NCBI GenBank assembly: GCA_024401435.1
Contig: JAKSLB010000008.1
Location: forward strand, 54,653 to 118,652
Reading direction: 5' to 3'
Source: Paludibacteraceae bacterium
GTDB lineage: Bacteria; Bacteroidota; Bacteroidia; Bacteroidales; Paludibacteraceae
Length of the DNA: 64,000 bases
The translations under genes were made by a program, and so were the position numbers. Under the pieces are notes generated by a model that ran no database searches, had not been told where the DNA came from, and worked only from the letters and a program-made list of their open reading frames with translations. This document shows, one piece after another, positions 1 to 8,885 of this stretch (the first letter of the stretch is position 1; every line of letters starts with the position of its first letter).

Positions 1-5
1 GCGAG

Positions 6-368
6 GTGAACACCATGCGTGTCGCCATTCTAACATACGACAAGAACCCAACTGATCTGCAATTGCAGAAACTGAGTGAGTTTTTCCAATACGACAACAA
101 GTTTTGGGAGCCTATGAAAGACGAGATGCTGAAGTATTATCTTAAGTTCTACAAAGATTTCGAAAATGATCTTGAAATTCCAGAGGAACTAACTCCAGAG
201 AATGTCAACCGAGAGAACGTGGTTTCCATTCTCACCTTCACGACATTATACGTCGACATTTTTGGACGTATCGCCTGGCTGTGCGAATCGCCTACAGAAG
301 AGGATGGATTGGCTTTCGAGTTCACGGATGGGAAAGTGGAACTTATTTTTCAGCCGGAGATTATCTGA
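6..368 (+). CDS. hypothetical acidic protein with a DUF6985-like C-terminal core (possible immunity or accessory protein); frame open to the window edge
   Basis: ORF track, 120 aa. The tail FGRIAWLCESPTEEDGLAFEFTDGKVELI resembles the C.W..E.GL..F.dGKV core I recall for DUF6985-type proteins (memory only). There is no stop between nt 3 and the GTG at 6. G+C is visibly higher than in the neighbours. Confidence 0.45.
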   Translation: MNTMRVAILTYDKNPTDLQLQKLSEFFQYDNKFWEPMKDEMLKYYLKFYKDFENDLEIPEELTPENVNRENVVSILTFTTLYVDIFGRIAWLCESPTEEDGLAFEFTDGKVELIFQPEII

Positions 369-444
369 AAAGTGCTCTTGTGACTTGTCCTTAGTAACGT
401 CAGCCCTAAAGGAGACGTGAATGTCATCCATCGGAGGGGGACTG

Positions 445-552
445 AAGCGGTTGTAAATACGAACGGGGCTCATCTCAAGTTTATATATTCGTATCCGCTG
501 TATTTCAGTGTATTAGAATTTTATTTTCATGTTTAGCGGACAGTAATAAAAA
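445..552 (-). repeat. ~110-nt interspersed repeat, copy S1 (homologous to 46275-46387)
   Basis: By-eye ungapped alignment to 46275-46387. The 42 nt next to the terminator match at about 85% (agaattttattt.ca..ttt.gcg.acagtaataaaaa), the next 48 nt at about 65%, and the match continues through aa.cggtt.t.a.at.cg. The copy contains an internal inverted pair, ATTCGTATCCGCT / AGCGGACAGTAAT. Confidence 0.6.
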
Positions 553-583
553 AAAGTGTCACAACACATAGTCATGACACTTT
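545..583 (-). terminator. Rho-independent terminator of alaS
   Basis: 9-bp stem aaagtgtca / tgacacttt (553-561 and 575-583). On the minus strand it is followed by a run of about 8 U. Confidence 0.8.
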
Positions 584-606
584 CATATGAAATAAAATTT
601 AATTTA

Positions 607-3219
607 TTAGAAGTTAGAACAAAGAACATCAAAAGCCTTATCCAAACCATCAATATTCTTACCACCTGCTTGAGCAAAGAAAGGTTGACCACCTCCACCA
701 CCTTGAATTTCTTTAGCAGCTTCTCTAATCATCTGTGTTGCATTAGAGCCTGCAGCAACAACATCATCAGACAAAGCAATCGTCAACATAGGTTTTCCTT
801 CTATACTAGTAGCAGCTACAAACACTAAATTCTTCTGCATCACATTACGAACTTGAAATGCAACAGATTTTACAAAATCAGGACTGAACGTACCTTTCAA
901 GGTAATAAGTTTAACCGCTCCTTTATCCTGAGCTGTTTCTATCAATTTATCACGCATTTGAAGCACTTTTTCCTGCATATGAGCATCAACCGCCTTTTTC
1001 AAATCAGCGTTTTCCTCAATTGATTTCTTAACAGCTTGTACCAAGTTAGGTGTATTATTGAAGAACGTTTTCAAGTCACGCAAAATATCTTGTTGAGCAT
1101 TCATCATCTCCTCTACCTTAGCAGCAGAAATTGCTTCTATACGACGAACGCCAGCAGCAACAGAAGTCTCCATCAAAATACGAATCATTCCTATTTCACC
1201 AGTAGACTTCACATGAGTACCACCACACAACTCCATAGACGGTCCATATTTAATCATACGAACTGTATCACCATATTTTTCACCGAACAATGCCATTGCA
1301 CCCATATCACGAGCTTGTTGAATTGGCATGTCACGGAACTCTTCCAATGGAATGTTTTGGCGGACCATTGAATTAGCGATTTTCTCAACCTGACGCAACT
1401 CTTCATCAGTTACTTTTTGGAAATGGGAGAAATCAAAACGTAAAGAATCAGCAGACACCAAAGAACCTTTTTGCTCCACATGTGTTCCTAAAACTTGACG
1501 TAAAGCATAATCCAACAAGTGTGTAGCGGTATGATTACAAGCAGTCTGTTGACGTTTTTCCATATCAACCACTGCATGGAAAGAAGCAGAAGGATCAGAT
1601 GGCATTGTTTTCATCAAATGAACACTAAGATTATTCTCTTTCTTAGTATCAATGATTTCATATTTTACACCATCAGCCTCAATATAACCTGAATCACCTA
1701 ATTGTCCACCCATTTCCGCATAAAATGGAGTTTTGTCAAAGACAACCTGGAACAATTCAGTGTTCTTTTGTTTTATCTTTCTATAACGAAGGATTTCAAC
1801 ATCCGTATCCAACATGTCATATCCAACAAATTCAGATTCACCTTCACGTAATGTTACCCAGTCGCCTGTTTCTACAGAAGCAGCATTACGAGCGCGTTCT
1901 TTTTGTTTTTGCATTTCAGTATTAAACTCATCTTCATTGACAGTCATTCCATTTTCACGAAGGATTAACTCTGTCAAATCCAATGGGAATCCGAATGTAT
2001 CATATAATGTAAATCCATCTACACCAGAAATTTCTGTTTTACCAGCCGCTTTAGTATCGTTCATCACTTTCTCTAACAAACGAATACCAGTTTCCAATGT
2101 ACGAAGGAATGATTCTTCCTCTTCCTTTATCACTTTAACCACTAATTGTTGTTGAGCAATCAGTTCAGGATAAGCATCACCCATTGTTTCAATCAACACA
2201 GGAACAAGTTTATACATAAAGGCACTACGTTGACCTAAGAATGTATAGCCATAACGAACAGCACGACGAAGAATACGACGAATCACATATCCAGCCTTTG
2301 CATTTGAAGGCAACTGACCATCAGTTATAGAGAATGCGATTGTACGAATATGATCTGCAATTACACGCATTGCAATATCAGTTTCTTTTTTCTGCCCGTA
2401 CTCACATCCACCAATTTTTCCTATTTCTTTTATAATTGGTTGAAATACATCTGTATCATAATTAGACTTTTTGCCTTGTAATGCCATACAAAGACGTTCA
2501 AAACCCATACCCGTATCAACATGTTTAGCAGGTAGAGGTTCCAAAGAACCATCAGCCTTACGATTGAATTGCATAAAGACATTGTTCCAAATTTCAATTA
2601 CCTGAGGATTATCTTTATTTACCAATTCAACGCCAGGAATCTTAGCACGTTCAGAGTCGTCACGAAGATCTATATGTATTTCAGAACAAGGACCACAAGG
2701 ACCGGTATCACCCATTTCCCAGAAATTATCATGTTTGTTACCATTGATAATTCTTTCTTTAGGCAAGAATTGAGCCCATATTTCAGCCGCTTCATCATCG
2801 CGACTTAAATTATCATCCTTACTACCTTCAAAAACAGTGGCATAAAGACGATTAGGATCCAATTTCAAAACATCAACAAGATATTCCCACGCCCATGAGA
2901 TTGCTTCCTTCTTAAAATAATCACCGAAAGACCAGTTACCCAACATCTCAAACATTGTGTGATGATAAGTATCCAATCCCACCTCTTCCAAATCATTATG
3001 CTTACCGCTTACACGAAGACATTTCTGAGAGTCCGCGACACGAGGATATTTACGAGGTTGATTACCCAAGAATATATCTTTAAACTGATTCATACCTGCA
3101 TTGGTGAACATCAATGTAGGGTCATTTTTAACCACCATCGGCGCAGAAGGAACAATCGTATGTCCTTTCGATGCGAAGAAATCGGTGAACGATTTTCGAA
3201 TTTCTTTTGCTGTTAACAT
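607..3219 (-). CDS. alaS: alanine--tRNA ligase
   Basis: 870 aa with class II AlaRS signatures: [10 protein letters not shown] and [18 protein letters not shown], editing-domain HTATHLL and CGGTHV, and a C-terminal GGGGGQP. Confidence 0.97.
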   Translation of the reverse strand: MLTAKEIRKSFTDFFASKGHTIVPSAPMVVKNDPTLMFTNAGMNQFKDIFLGNQPRKYPRVADSQKCLRVSGKHNDLEEVGLDTYHHTMFEMLGNWSFGDYFKKEAISWAWEYLVDVLKLDPNRLYATVFEGSKDDNLSRDDEAAEIWAQFLPKERIINGNKHDNFWEMGDTGPCGPCSEIHIDLRDDSERAKIPGVELVNKDNPQVIEIWNNVFMQFNRKADGSLEPLPAKHVDTGMGFERLCMALQGKKSNYDTDVFQPIIKEIGKIGGCEYGQKKETDIAMRVIADHIRTIAFSITDGQLPSNAKAGYVIRRILRRAVRYGYTFLGQRSAFMYKLVPVLIETMGDAYPELIAQQQLVVKVIKEEEESFLRTLETGIRLLEKVMNDTKAAGKTEISGVDGFTLYDTFGFPLDLTELILRENGMTVNEDEFNTEMQKQKERARNAASVETGDWVTLREGESEFVGYDMLDTDVEILRYRKIKQKNTELFQVVFDKTPFYAEMGGQLGDSGYIEADGVKYEIIDTKKENNLSVHLMKTMPSDPSASFHAVVDMEKRQQTACNHTATHLLDYALRQVLGTHVEQKGSLVSADSLRFDFSHFQKVTDEELRQVEKIANSMVRQNIPLEEFRDMPIQQARDMGAMALFGEKYGDTVRMIKYGPSMELCGGTHVKSTGEIGMIRILMETSVAAGVRRIEAISAAKVEEMMNAQQDILRDLKTFFNNTPNLVQAVKKSIEENADLKKAVDAHMQEKVLQMRDKLIETAQDKGAVKLITLKGTFSPDFVKSVAFQVRNVMQKNLVFVAATSIEGKPMLTIALSDDVVAAGSNATQMIREAAKEIQGGGGGQPFFAQAGGKNIDGLDKAFDVLCSNF

Positions 3220-3242
3220 CTTAAAAATTTTATTCTAAACCG

Positions 3243-3250
3243 CAAAATTA
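3243..3250 (-). promoter_or_regulatory. Bacteroidota -7 box (TAATTTTG) for alaS
   Basis: Perfect TAnnTTTG on the minus strand, 24 nt upstream of the alaS ATG. Confidence 0.6.
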
Positions 3251-3271
3251 GTATTTTTCTATAAAATAAAT

Positions 3272-3279
3272 TACCTTTG
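3272..3279 (+). promoter_or_regulatory. Bacteroidota -7 box (TACCTTTG) for the M23 peptidase gene
   Basis: Perfect TAnnTTTG, 30 nt upstream of ATG 3310 and divergent from the alaS promoter. Confidence 0.6.
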
Positions 3280-3309
3280 CAATGTAAATTATAAAAGAAT
3301 TTAGCAAAA

Positions 3310-4281
3310 ATGGCAAAAGCAAAATTCCAATTCAATCCCAAGACTCTTTCATTCGAACGGATTGATAACACTATACTACATAAACTACGCAGCCTAATAT
3401 CACACCTATTCAGTGGTGTTCTTGTTAGTCTTGCATTCTTTATTATCTATGCGCTTTACTTCCCCAACCCACGTGTAGACCAATTAAAGAGAGAAAAAGC
3501 AGAATTGGAGACTAAATATCAAATTATCAGTTCTGATTTAGAAATGATAGAAGATGTATTAAAAGATATCGAAGAAAGAGACAACCAATTATATCGTTCT
3601 GTAGTACAAGCAGACCCTGTATCTGCGAATCTTCGAAGATACAATCCGTCTCAAAGCAAACGAAACGAAACATACGAGCGAACAAATTCTTTCATTGCAG
3701 CTCAAACCGTAACACAAATAGAAGATATTAAAAGAAAACTATACATTCAATCGGTATCTTTCGATGAAGTCGTGAATTTAGTTCGCAACAAAGAAGATAT
3801 GCTTCTTAGCATACCAGGTATCCAACCTGTCATGAACAAAGACTTACGAAGAATGGCTTCCGGATTCGGAATGAGAATAGACCCCATTTACAAAACGCCT
3901 AAATTTCATGCAGGAATGGATTTCTCCGGAGACATCGGCACAGAAATTTATGCAACGGGAAAAGGAACAATCCATTTCAAAGGTTGGATGCAAGGTTATG
4001 GAAATGCCGTCATTATCGATCATGGATACGGCTACAAAACATTGTATGGTCATCTTAGCGAATTTGTCAAGACACTACACGTAGGTTCAAAAGTAAATCG
4101 AGGAGATGTTATCGCTTACATGGGTAGCACGGGTAAATCAACGGGTCCTCATCTTCACTATGAAGTTCATTACAGGGATAAAGTGACCGATCCTCGTAAT
4201 TTTTATTATATGGATTTGTCTCCACAACAATATGATGAAATGATTCGAATCACTTCTAACAATGGAAACGTATACGATTGA
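3310..4281 (+). CDS. M23/LytM family peptidoglycan metalloendopeptidase
   Basis: 323 aa with an N-terminal TM segment, a coiled-coil stretch, and the M23 motifs HAGMDF and GSTGKSTGPHLHYEV. Confidence 0.9.
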   Translation: MAKAKFQFNPKTLSFERIDNTILHKLRSLISHLFSGVLVSLAFFIIYALYFPNPRVDQLKREKAELETKYQIISSDLEMIEDVLKDIEERDNQLYRSVVQADPVSANLRRYNPSQSKRNETYERTNSFIAAQTVTQIEDIKRKLYIQSVSFDEVVNLVRNKEDMLLSIPGIQPVMNKDLRRMASGFGMRIDPIYKTPKFHAGMDFSGDIGTEIYATGKGTIHFKGWMQGYGNAVIIDHGYGYKTLYGHLSEFVKTLHVGSKVNRGDVIAYMGSTGKSTGPHLHYEVHYRDKVTDPRNFYYMDLSPQQYDEMIRITSNNGNVYD

Positions 4282-4654
4282 AAATATCAATTTGGATAAA
4301 AGAAAATTATACTATTCCATCAGCGAAGTAGCGTCGATGTTAAACATCAAAGAATCAACACTTCGATTTTGGGAAAAAGATTTTCCTTTCACTCAACCTG
4401 AAAAAAGTGCAAAAGGAACACGTCATTACACACAAAAGGAAATACAAAACATTCAACTTGTTTCCTACTTACTTAAAGAACGGAAACTAACCATAGAAGG
4501 GGCAAAAAAGCTATTAAAAGAGAATAAACAGGACATTGAAAAAAAACATGCCATTGTGCTTAGATTGCAACATATAAAAAAGGAAATACAATCATTACGA
4601 ACTGCTTTTGATAAAAACTTAAATATTACTGAAGAGAATGGAATGGCTGACTAA
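4262..4654 (+). CDS. MerR family transcriptional regulator
   Basis: 130 aa with the MerR-type HTH YYSISEVASMLNIKESTLRFWEKDF. It overlaps the upstream gene by 20 nt. Confidence 0.85.
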   Translation: METYTIENINLDKRKLYYSISEVASMLNIKESTLRFWEKDFPFTQPEKSAKGTRHYTQKEIQNIQLVSYLLKERKLTIEGAKKLLKENKQDIEKKHAIVLRLQHIKKEIQSLRTAFDKNLNITEENGMAD

Positions 4655-5288
4655 CTTACAATTCGACCAAGAAATATTCACAGAAATACTCGAATACATA
4701 GGAACTTTCGCATTTGCCATAAGTGGTATACGGTTAGCGGCAAGCAAAGACTTCGATTTATTTGGAGCCTATGTGATCGGTCTTGTAACAGCAATCGGAG
4801 GAGGTACCATTCGTGATCTTTGTTTGGATTTAAAACCTTTCTGGATGTTAAATCCCAGTTATATGATATGGACTGGCATAGCACTCATCTTTGTTATTGT
4901 ATTTAGAAAATATCTAATCAAACTAAACAACACGTTTTTCATATTCGACACCATTGGATTAGCATTATTTACCGTTGTGGGAATTGAAAAAACATTAGAT
5001 TGTGGATATTCCTTTTGGGTAGCTATCATAATGGGTACCATTACAGGTGCTGCAGGAGGTATTATCAGAGATATTTTCATCAACCAGATACCTCTGATTT
5101 TCAGGAAAGAAATATACGCAATTGCCTGCATTATAGGTGGTATTATTTATTACCTTTGCGACAAAATAATAGATGATATAACCATAGTGCAAATCATCAG
5201 TGCTCTAAGTGTTGTACTAACTAGAATTATTGCTGTTCAATACAAAATTGGACTCCCTCATATAAAAGAAGAACCTAACACAAAATAA
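4638..5288 (+). CDS. TRIC/UPF0126 (YadS-like) cation channel family membrane protein
   Basis: 216 aa, polytopic, with duplicated glycine motifs GGGTIRD and AAGGIIRD. Confidence 0.85.
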   Translation: MEWLTNLQFDQEIFTEILEYIGTFAFAISGIRLAASKDFDLFGAYVIGLVTAIGGGTIRDLCLDLKPFWMLNPSYMIWTGIALIFVIVFRKYLIKLNNTFFIFDTIGLALFTVVGIEKTLDCGYSFWVAIIMGTITGAAGGIIRDIFINQIPLIFRKEIYAIACIIGGIIYYLCDKIIDDITIVQIISALSVVLTRIIAVQYKIGLPHIKEEPNTK

Positions 5289-5378
5289 ATCTCAAAAAAA
5301 GTAGTAGATGTCAAAAAAAATACATACCTTTACAAAAAAATTAAACAAGTAGACAAACTCTTAAAAATAGATACAAAA

Positions 5379-6425
5379 ATGAGAAAATTAATTACTCTTT
5401 CAGCTGCATTAGCATTATCAATGGGTTGTTTTGCTCAATACACTTTGTCTTTCGAGGCAAACGGATTGAGAAAAGGTGACTACAGAAATATGAAACAGAT
5501 TGAGTATGTAGAACAATCCAACGCTGGTGCAAATCAAATATGGGACTTTTCTAAGTCTAAGGTGTTAAAAGATTTCTACATCGAGCAGAACGAAGATTTG
5601 CTTAACACTTCTAACGAAGGTTACAGATTAAGTTGTGACGAAGGTGGAGAAAAAAATACGTTGTTTGAAATCACATCAAGCGAAAAGAGATTTTTCGGTC
5701 TTCAAAACAATACAACAACATTAACATTAGACGAGCCTATCGTTGATTTAATGTTCCCATTCTCTTTTGGAGACGCTAAATCTGGAATCTATTCAGGTGC
5801 TACTCAAAGCGGCAATAGCACAAGCTACTTTGATGGTACATATGTAACTACAGCTGATGCTTGGGGAACTTTGATTCTTCCTAATGGAAACGTTTACAAA
5901 AACGTACTTCGTGTAAAAGTTGACAAAGAATACACTGAAACATACGGAAAATCAACCTTCAAAATCAGTTCTATTCGTTATCAATACTTCGCTGAAGGTG
6001 CTCGCTACCCTATTATTATCACAATAGAGCAAGAATACACCCCAGAAAGCGGATGCAACTGCAAAAATTCTAAGTATACTGCAATGTATATGGAAAAACC
6101 AGCTGTTTACAAAAACGATGCTGAAAAAGTTGGAAAGAAGAAAAATGCAAAACCTGAAATTTCTTCATTCAACTATCTTGCTTCTCCTAACCCATTTGCA
6201 GAGTCTTTGAATGTTGCATTCAATCTTGAAAACGATGCAAATGTTGCTATCGACATTCTTGACATGAAGGGAAATACAGTTCTTAGTTTATTCAAGAACA
6301 ATTTGAGCGCAGGTCAATATTCTTACGACTTCGAAACTTCTGCTCTATTCCCTGGTGCTTATACTCTAAGCATTAAAGTTAATGGCAAAGTATATGCTAA
6401 CAAGATGTTAAAGTCAGGTATGTAA
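5379..6425 (+). CDS. secreted hypothetical protein with a T9SS C-terminal sorting domain
   Basis: 348 aa with a signal peptide. The C-terminal ~80 aa (SPNPFAESLNVAFNL...YTLSIKVNGKVYANKMLK) looks like a Por-secretion tail. Confidence 0.8.
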   Translation: MRKLITLSAALALSMGCFAQYTLSFEANGLRKGDYRNMKQIEYVEQSNAGANQIWDFSKSKVLKDFYIEQNEDLLNTSNEGYRLSCDEGGEKNTLFEITSSEKRFFGLQNNTTTLTLDEPIVDLMFPFSFGDAKSGIYSGATQSGNSTSYFDGTYVTTADAWGTLILPNGNVYKNVLRVKVDKEYTETYGKSTFKISSIRYQYFAEGARYPIIITIEQEYTPESGCNCKNSKYTAMYMEKPAVYKNDAEKVGKKKNAKPEISSFNYLASPNPFAESLNVAFNLENDANVAIDILDMKGNTVLSLFKNNLSAGQYSYDFETSALFPGAYTLSIKVNGKVYANKMLKSGM

Positions 6426-6450
6426 TTTATTCATTAAACATATCAAAAAA

Positions 6451-6479
6451 GGGACGCAACTATTATTGCGTCCCTTTTA
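6451..6479 (+). terminator. Rho-independent terminator
   Basis: 9-bp GC-rich stem gggacgcaa / ttgcgtccc followed by TTTT. Confidence 0.8.
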
Positions 6480-6551
6480 TTTGAAATTCATTCATTGCAT
6501 TTTAATTAATTAGAAAAATTCTCAATCATATTCACACAAACGAAAAGCAAA

Positions 6552-6995
6552 ATGAAAAAAAGTATTTCTTTACTATTCTTTTTTTTCCTTTCTATTGCAT
6601 GTTTTGCACAATCAGCAGCTGATAAACTATTAGGTGTCTATTTCCTTGAACACGATGGAGATCGTTCAAAAGTGAGAATCACCAAAAACACAGATAACAC
6701 ATATAAAGTTCAAGTGTTCTGGATGGAACAAATGTATGACAAAAACGGAAATCTCCGTGTCGACAAAAAAAATCCAGATGTCAGCAAAAGAAACACTCGC
6801 GCAGACCAAATCGTCCTTATCAAAAGTTTAACTTATCACAAAGAAGGAGTATGGAAAGATGGAGAAATATACGATCCAACACGTGGTTCTTTCTTTACAG
6901 TCGAATTAAAATTTAAAGACAACGAAACATTAGCAGTCAAAGGTTCTTGGGGTATCTTCAGTAAAACCATCTACTGGAAGAAACTGAAAGAATAA
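6552..6995 (+). CDS. DUF2147 domain-containing periplasmic protein
   Basis: 147 aa with a signal peptide. The pattern GVYFLEHDG..KVRITK...G.IYDP..G..F....KFKDNETLAVKG is as recalled for DUF2147. Confidence 0.75.
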   Translation: MKKSISLLFFFFLSIACFAQSAADKLLGVYFLEHDGDRSKVRITKNTDNTYKVQVFWMEQMYDKNGNLRVDKKNPDVSKRNTRADQIVLIKSLTYHKEGVWKDGEIYDPTRGSFFTVELKFKDNETLAVKGSWGIFSKTIYWKKLKE

Positions 6996-6998
6996 TCC

Positions 6999-8297
6999 AT
7001 GAACAAAAGAATCTTAAAAATAGCCGTTCCAGCCATTGCAACGAATATCACTGTTCCCCTACTCAGTTTAGTGGATATTGGTATCGCAGGACATCTCGGA
7101 AATGAATCTTATATAGCTGCCATCTCTATAGGTGGCACTATTATTAATATGCTATACTGGAATTTCGGATTTCTACGCATGGGTACTAGCGGACTAACAT
7201 CGCAAGCTTATGGCGCAAGAAACACATCCGAAATGGCTAACATTCTACCTCGTTCTATCATTATTTCTTTAATAGCCTGTATTCTTATATTCCTCCTAAA
7301 GAATATTGTTCTATCCCTCTCCTTTTCCTTTATGAATACGTCACAAAACGTAGAGGATTTTGCATCCTTATATGTTAGCATATGCATTATAGGTGCTCCT
7401 GCCGTCATGTGCATGTACAGCATTAAAGGATGGTTCATTGGAATGCAAAATTCAATTTTCCCAATGATTATAGCCATTTCCATAAACATTATCAATATCT
7501 TATGCAGTCTTATTGCTGTCTTTGTTTTACATTTAGGAATTAGAGGTATTGCATTAGGTACATTAATAGCCCAATATTGCGGTCTTATAATTGCCATTTG
7601 CCTATGGATGAAACAATACAAATATTTAATTCCTCATATAAAACGAGCAGCTGTTTTGAATGTACAAAAGTTAAAAAGATTTACTACACTTAACGCAGGT
7701 ATTGCTATTCGCACTCTTTGCCTAACCGCAGTCACAACATTTTTCACCTTAGCGGGTGGCAAACAAGGAACAACGTTATTAGCAGTCAACACACTATTAA
7801 TGCAATTCTTTTCGATTTTTTCTTACTTTACAGATGGATTTGCATATGCAGGAGAAGCTTTAACAGGAAGATATATAGGAGCCAAAGATTCATATAATTT
7901 ACACAAGTCCATACATATCATCTTCTTATGGGGATTCGGATTGGTTGGTGTATTTACATTCTTATATGCGTTCTTCTCAAACAATTTTCTCATGTTACTA
8001 ACCAACGAGAGCCATGTGATTGAAGCTGCGAAGGATTTTCATCTTTGGATTATTGCAATACCGATATGCGGTTTTGCAGCGTTTTTATGGGATGGTGTCA
8101 TGGTTGGAGCCACAATGGCCAAAGGTATGGTAGTTGCAATGTTATGTGCTACAATCCTATTCTTTACATTATACAACATTCTTATCATCCCATTAGGAAA
8201 TAATGGATTATGGATAGCTTTCCTTTCCTATTTAGCCACAAGAGGAATCATACAAACATTTTATTTTAAGAAAAAAGTAAAACATTTGTTTCTCTAA
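6999..8297 (+). CDS. MATE family efflux transporter (DinF-like)
   Basis: 432 aa, about 12 TM, with a typical MATE N-terminus (ILKIAVPAIATNITVPLLSLVDIGIAGHLG). Confidence 0.9.
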   Translation: MNKRILKIAVPAIATNITVPLLSLVDIGIAGHLGNESYIAAISIGGTIINMLYWNFGFLRMGTSGLTSQAYGARNTSEMANILPRSIIISLIACILIFLLKNIVLSLSFSFMNTSQNVEDFASLYVSICIIGAPAVMCMYSIKGWFIGMQNSIFPMIIAISINIINILCSLIAVFVLHLGIRGIALGTLIAQYCGLIIAICLWMKQYKYLIPHIKRAAVLNVQKLKRFTTLNAGIAIRTLCLTAVTTFFTLAGGKQGTTLLAVNTLLMQFFSIFSYFTDGFAYAGEALTGRYIGAKDSYNLHKSIHIIFLWGFGLVGVFTFLYAFFSNNFLMLLTNESHVIEAAKDFHLWIIAIPICGFAAFLWDGVMVGATMAKGMVVAMLCATILFFTLYNILIIPLGNNGLWIAFLSYLATRGIIQTFYFKKKVKHLFL

Positions 8298-8353
8298 TAA
8301 AACATAGACGATTTAGGAATAGAAATTCACCAGAGTTCAGTCAAAAATGAGAT

Positions 8354-8388
8354 AAAAAAAGCAAACAAGAATACCTTGTTTGCTTTTT
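8354..8388. terminator. bidirectional terminator between the MATE gene and nrdG
   Basis: 10-bp stem agcaaacaag / cttgtttgct, with an A run on one side and a T run on the other. Confidence 0.8.
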
Positions 8389-8408
8389 CACTATCAATAT
8401 TTGATTAT

Positions 8409-8873
8409 TTATTTTTTCCAAAACATATAGGTTATATCTTCCATATTACCTTTATCTATTTTATATAACCTTTGATTTGTTGTTTTGCTTTTCAATGGAC
8501 CACAATCTTCTCTATAGGGTCCGATCTTAACATAATCGAAATCAGTCAATGGGAAAGATTCCGGCAATGAATTTTTTCCAGAATACCAGCCCACTTTTAT
8601 TGACTGATGTTTTTCTTTCATGTAATGCGCTAAAGACATCACTCCTAGAGGATCTCCATCACCACCCATAAAACATAGGCAAGTGATATCACGACCATAC
8701 TTTTCTAAAAGTGTTTCTAATGCAGATTCTGACAATTCCTCTCCGACATCATTCATCAAATAAGGGCTATGGCAACCTATACAATGATTAGGACAATTAG
8801 AAATATTAATTGCCAAAGTCACCTCATTAGGAATTTCCTGAAATACTATATCATAATCAGCATACTTCAGCAT
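8409..8873 (-). CDS. nrdG: anaerobic ribonucleoside-triphosphate reductase activating protein
   Basis: 154 aa with the radical-SAM cluster motif CPNHCIGC. It lies 12 nt downstream of nrdD. Confidence 0.93.
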   Translation of the reverse strand: MLKYADYDIVFQEIPNEVTLAINISNCPNHCIGCHSPYLMNDVGEELSESALETLLEKYGRDITCLCFMGGDGDPLGVMSLAHYMKEKHQSIKVGWYSGKNSLPESFPLTDFDYVKIGPYREDCGPLKSKTTNQRLYKIDKGNMEDITYMFWKK

Positions 8874-8885
8874 AGGTCTACAATT

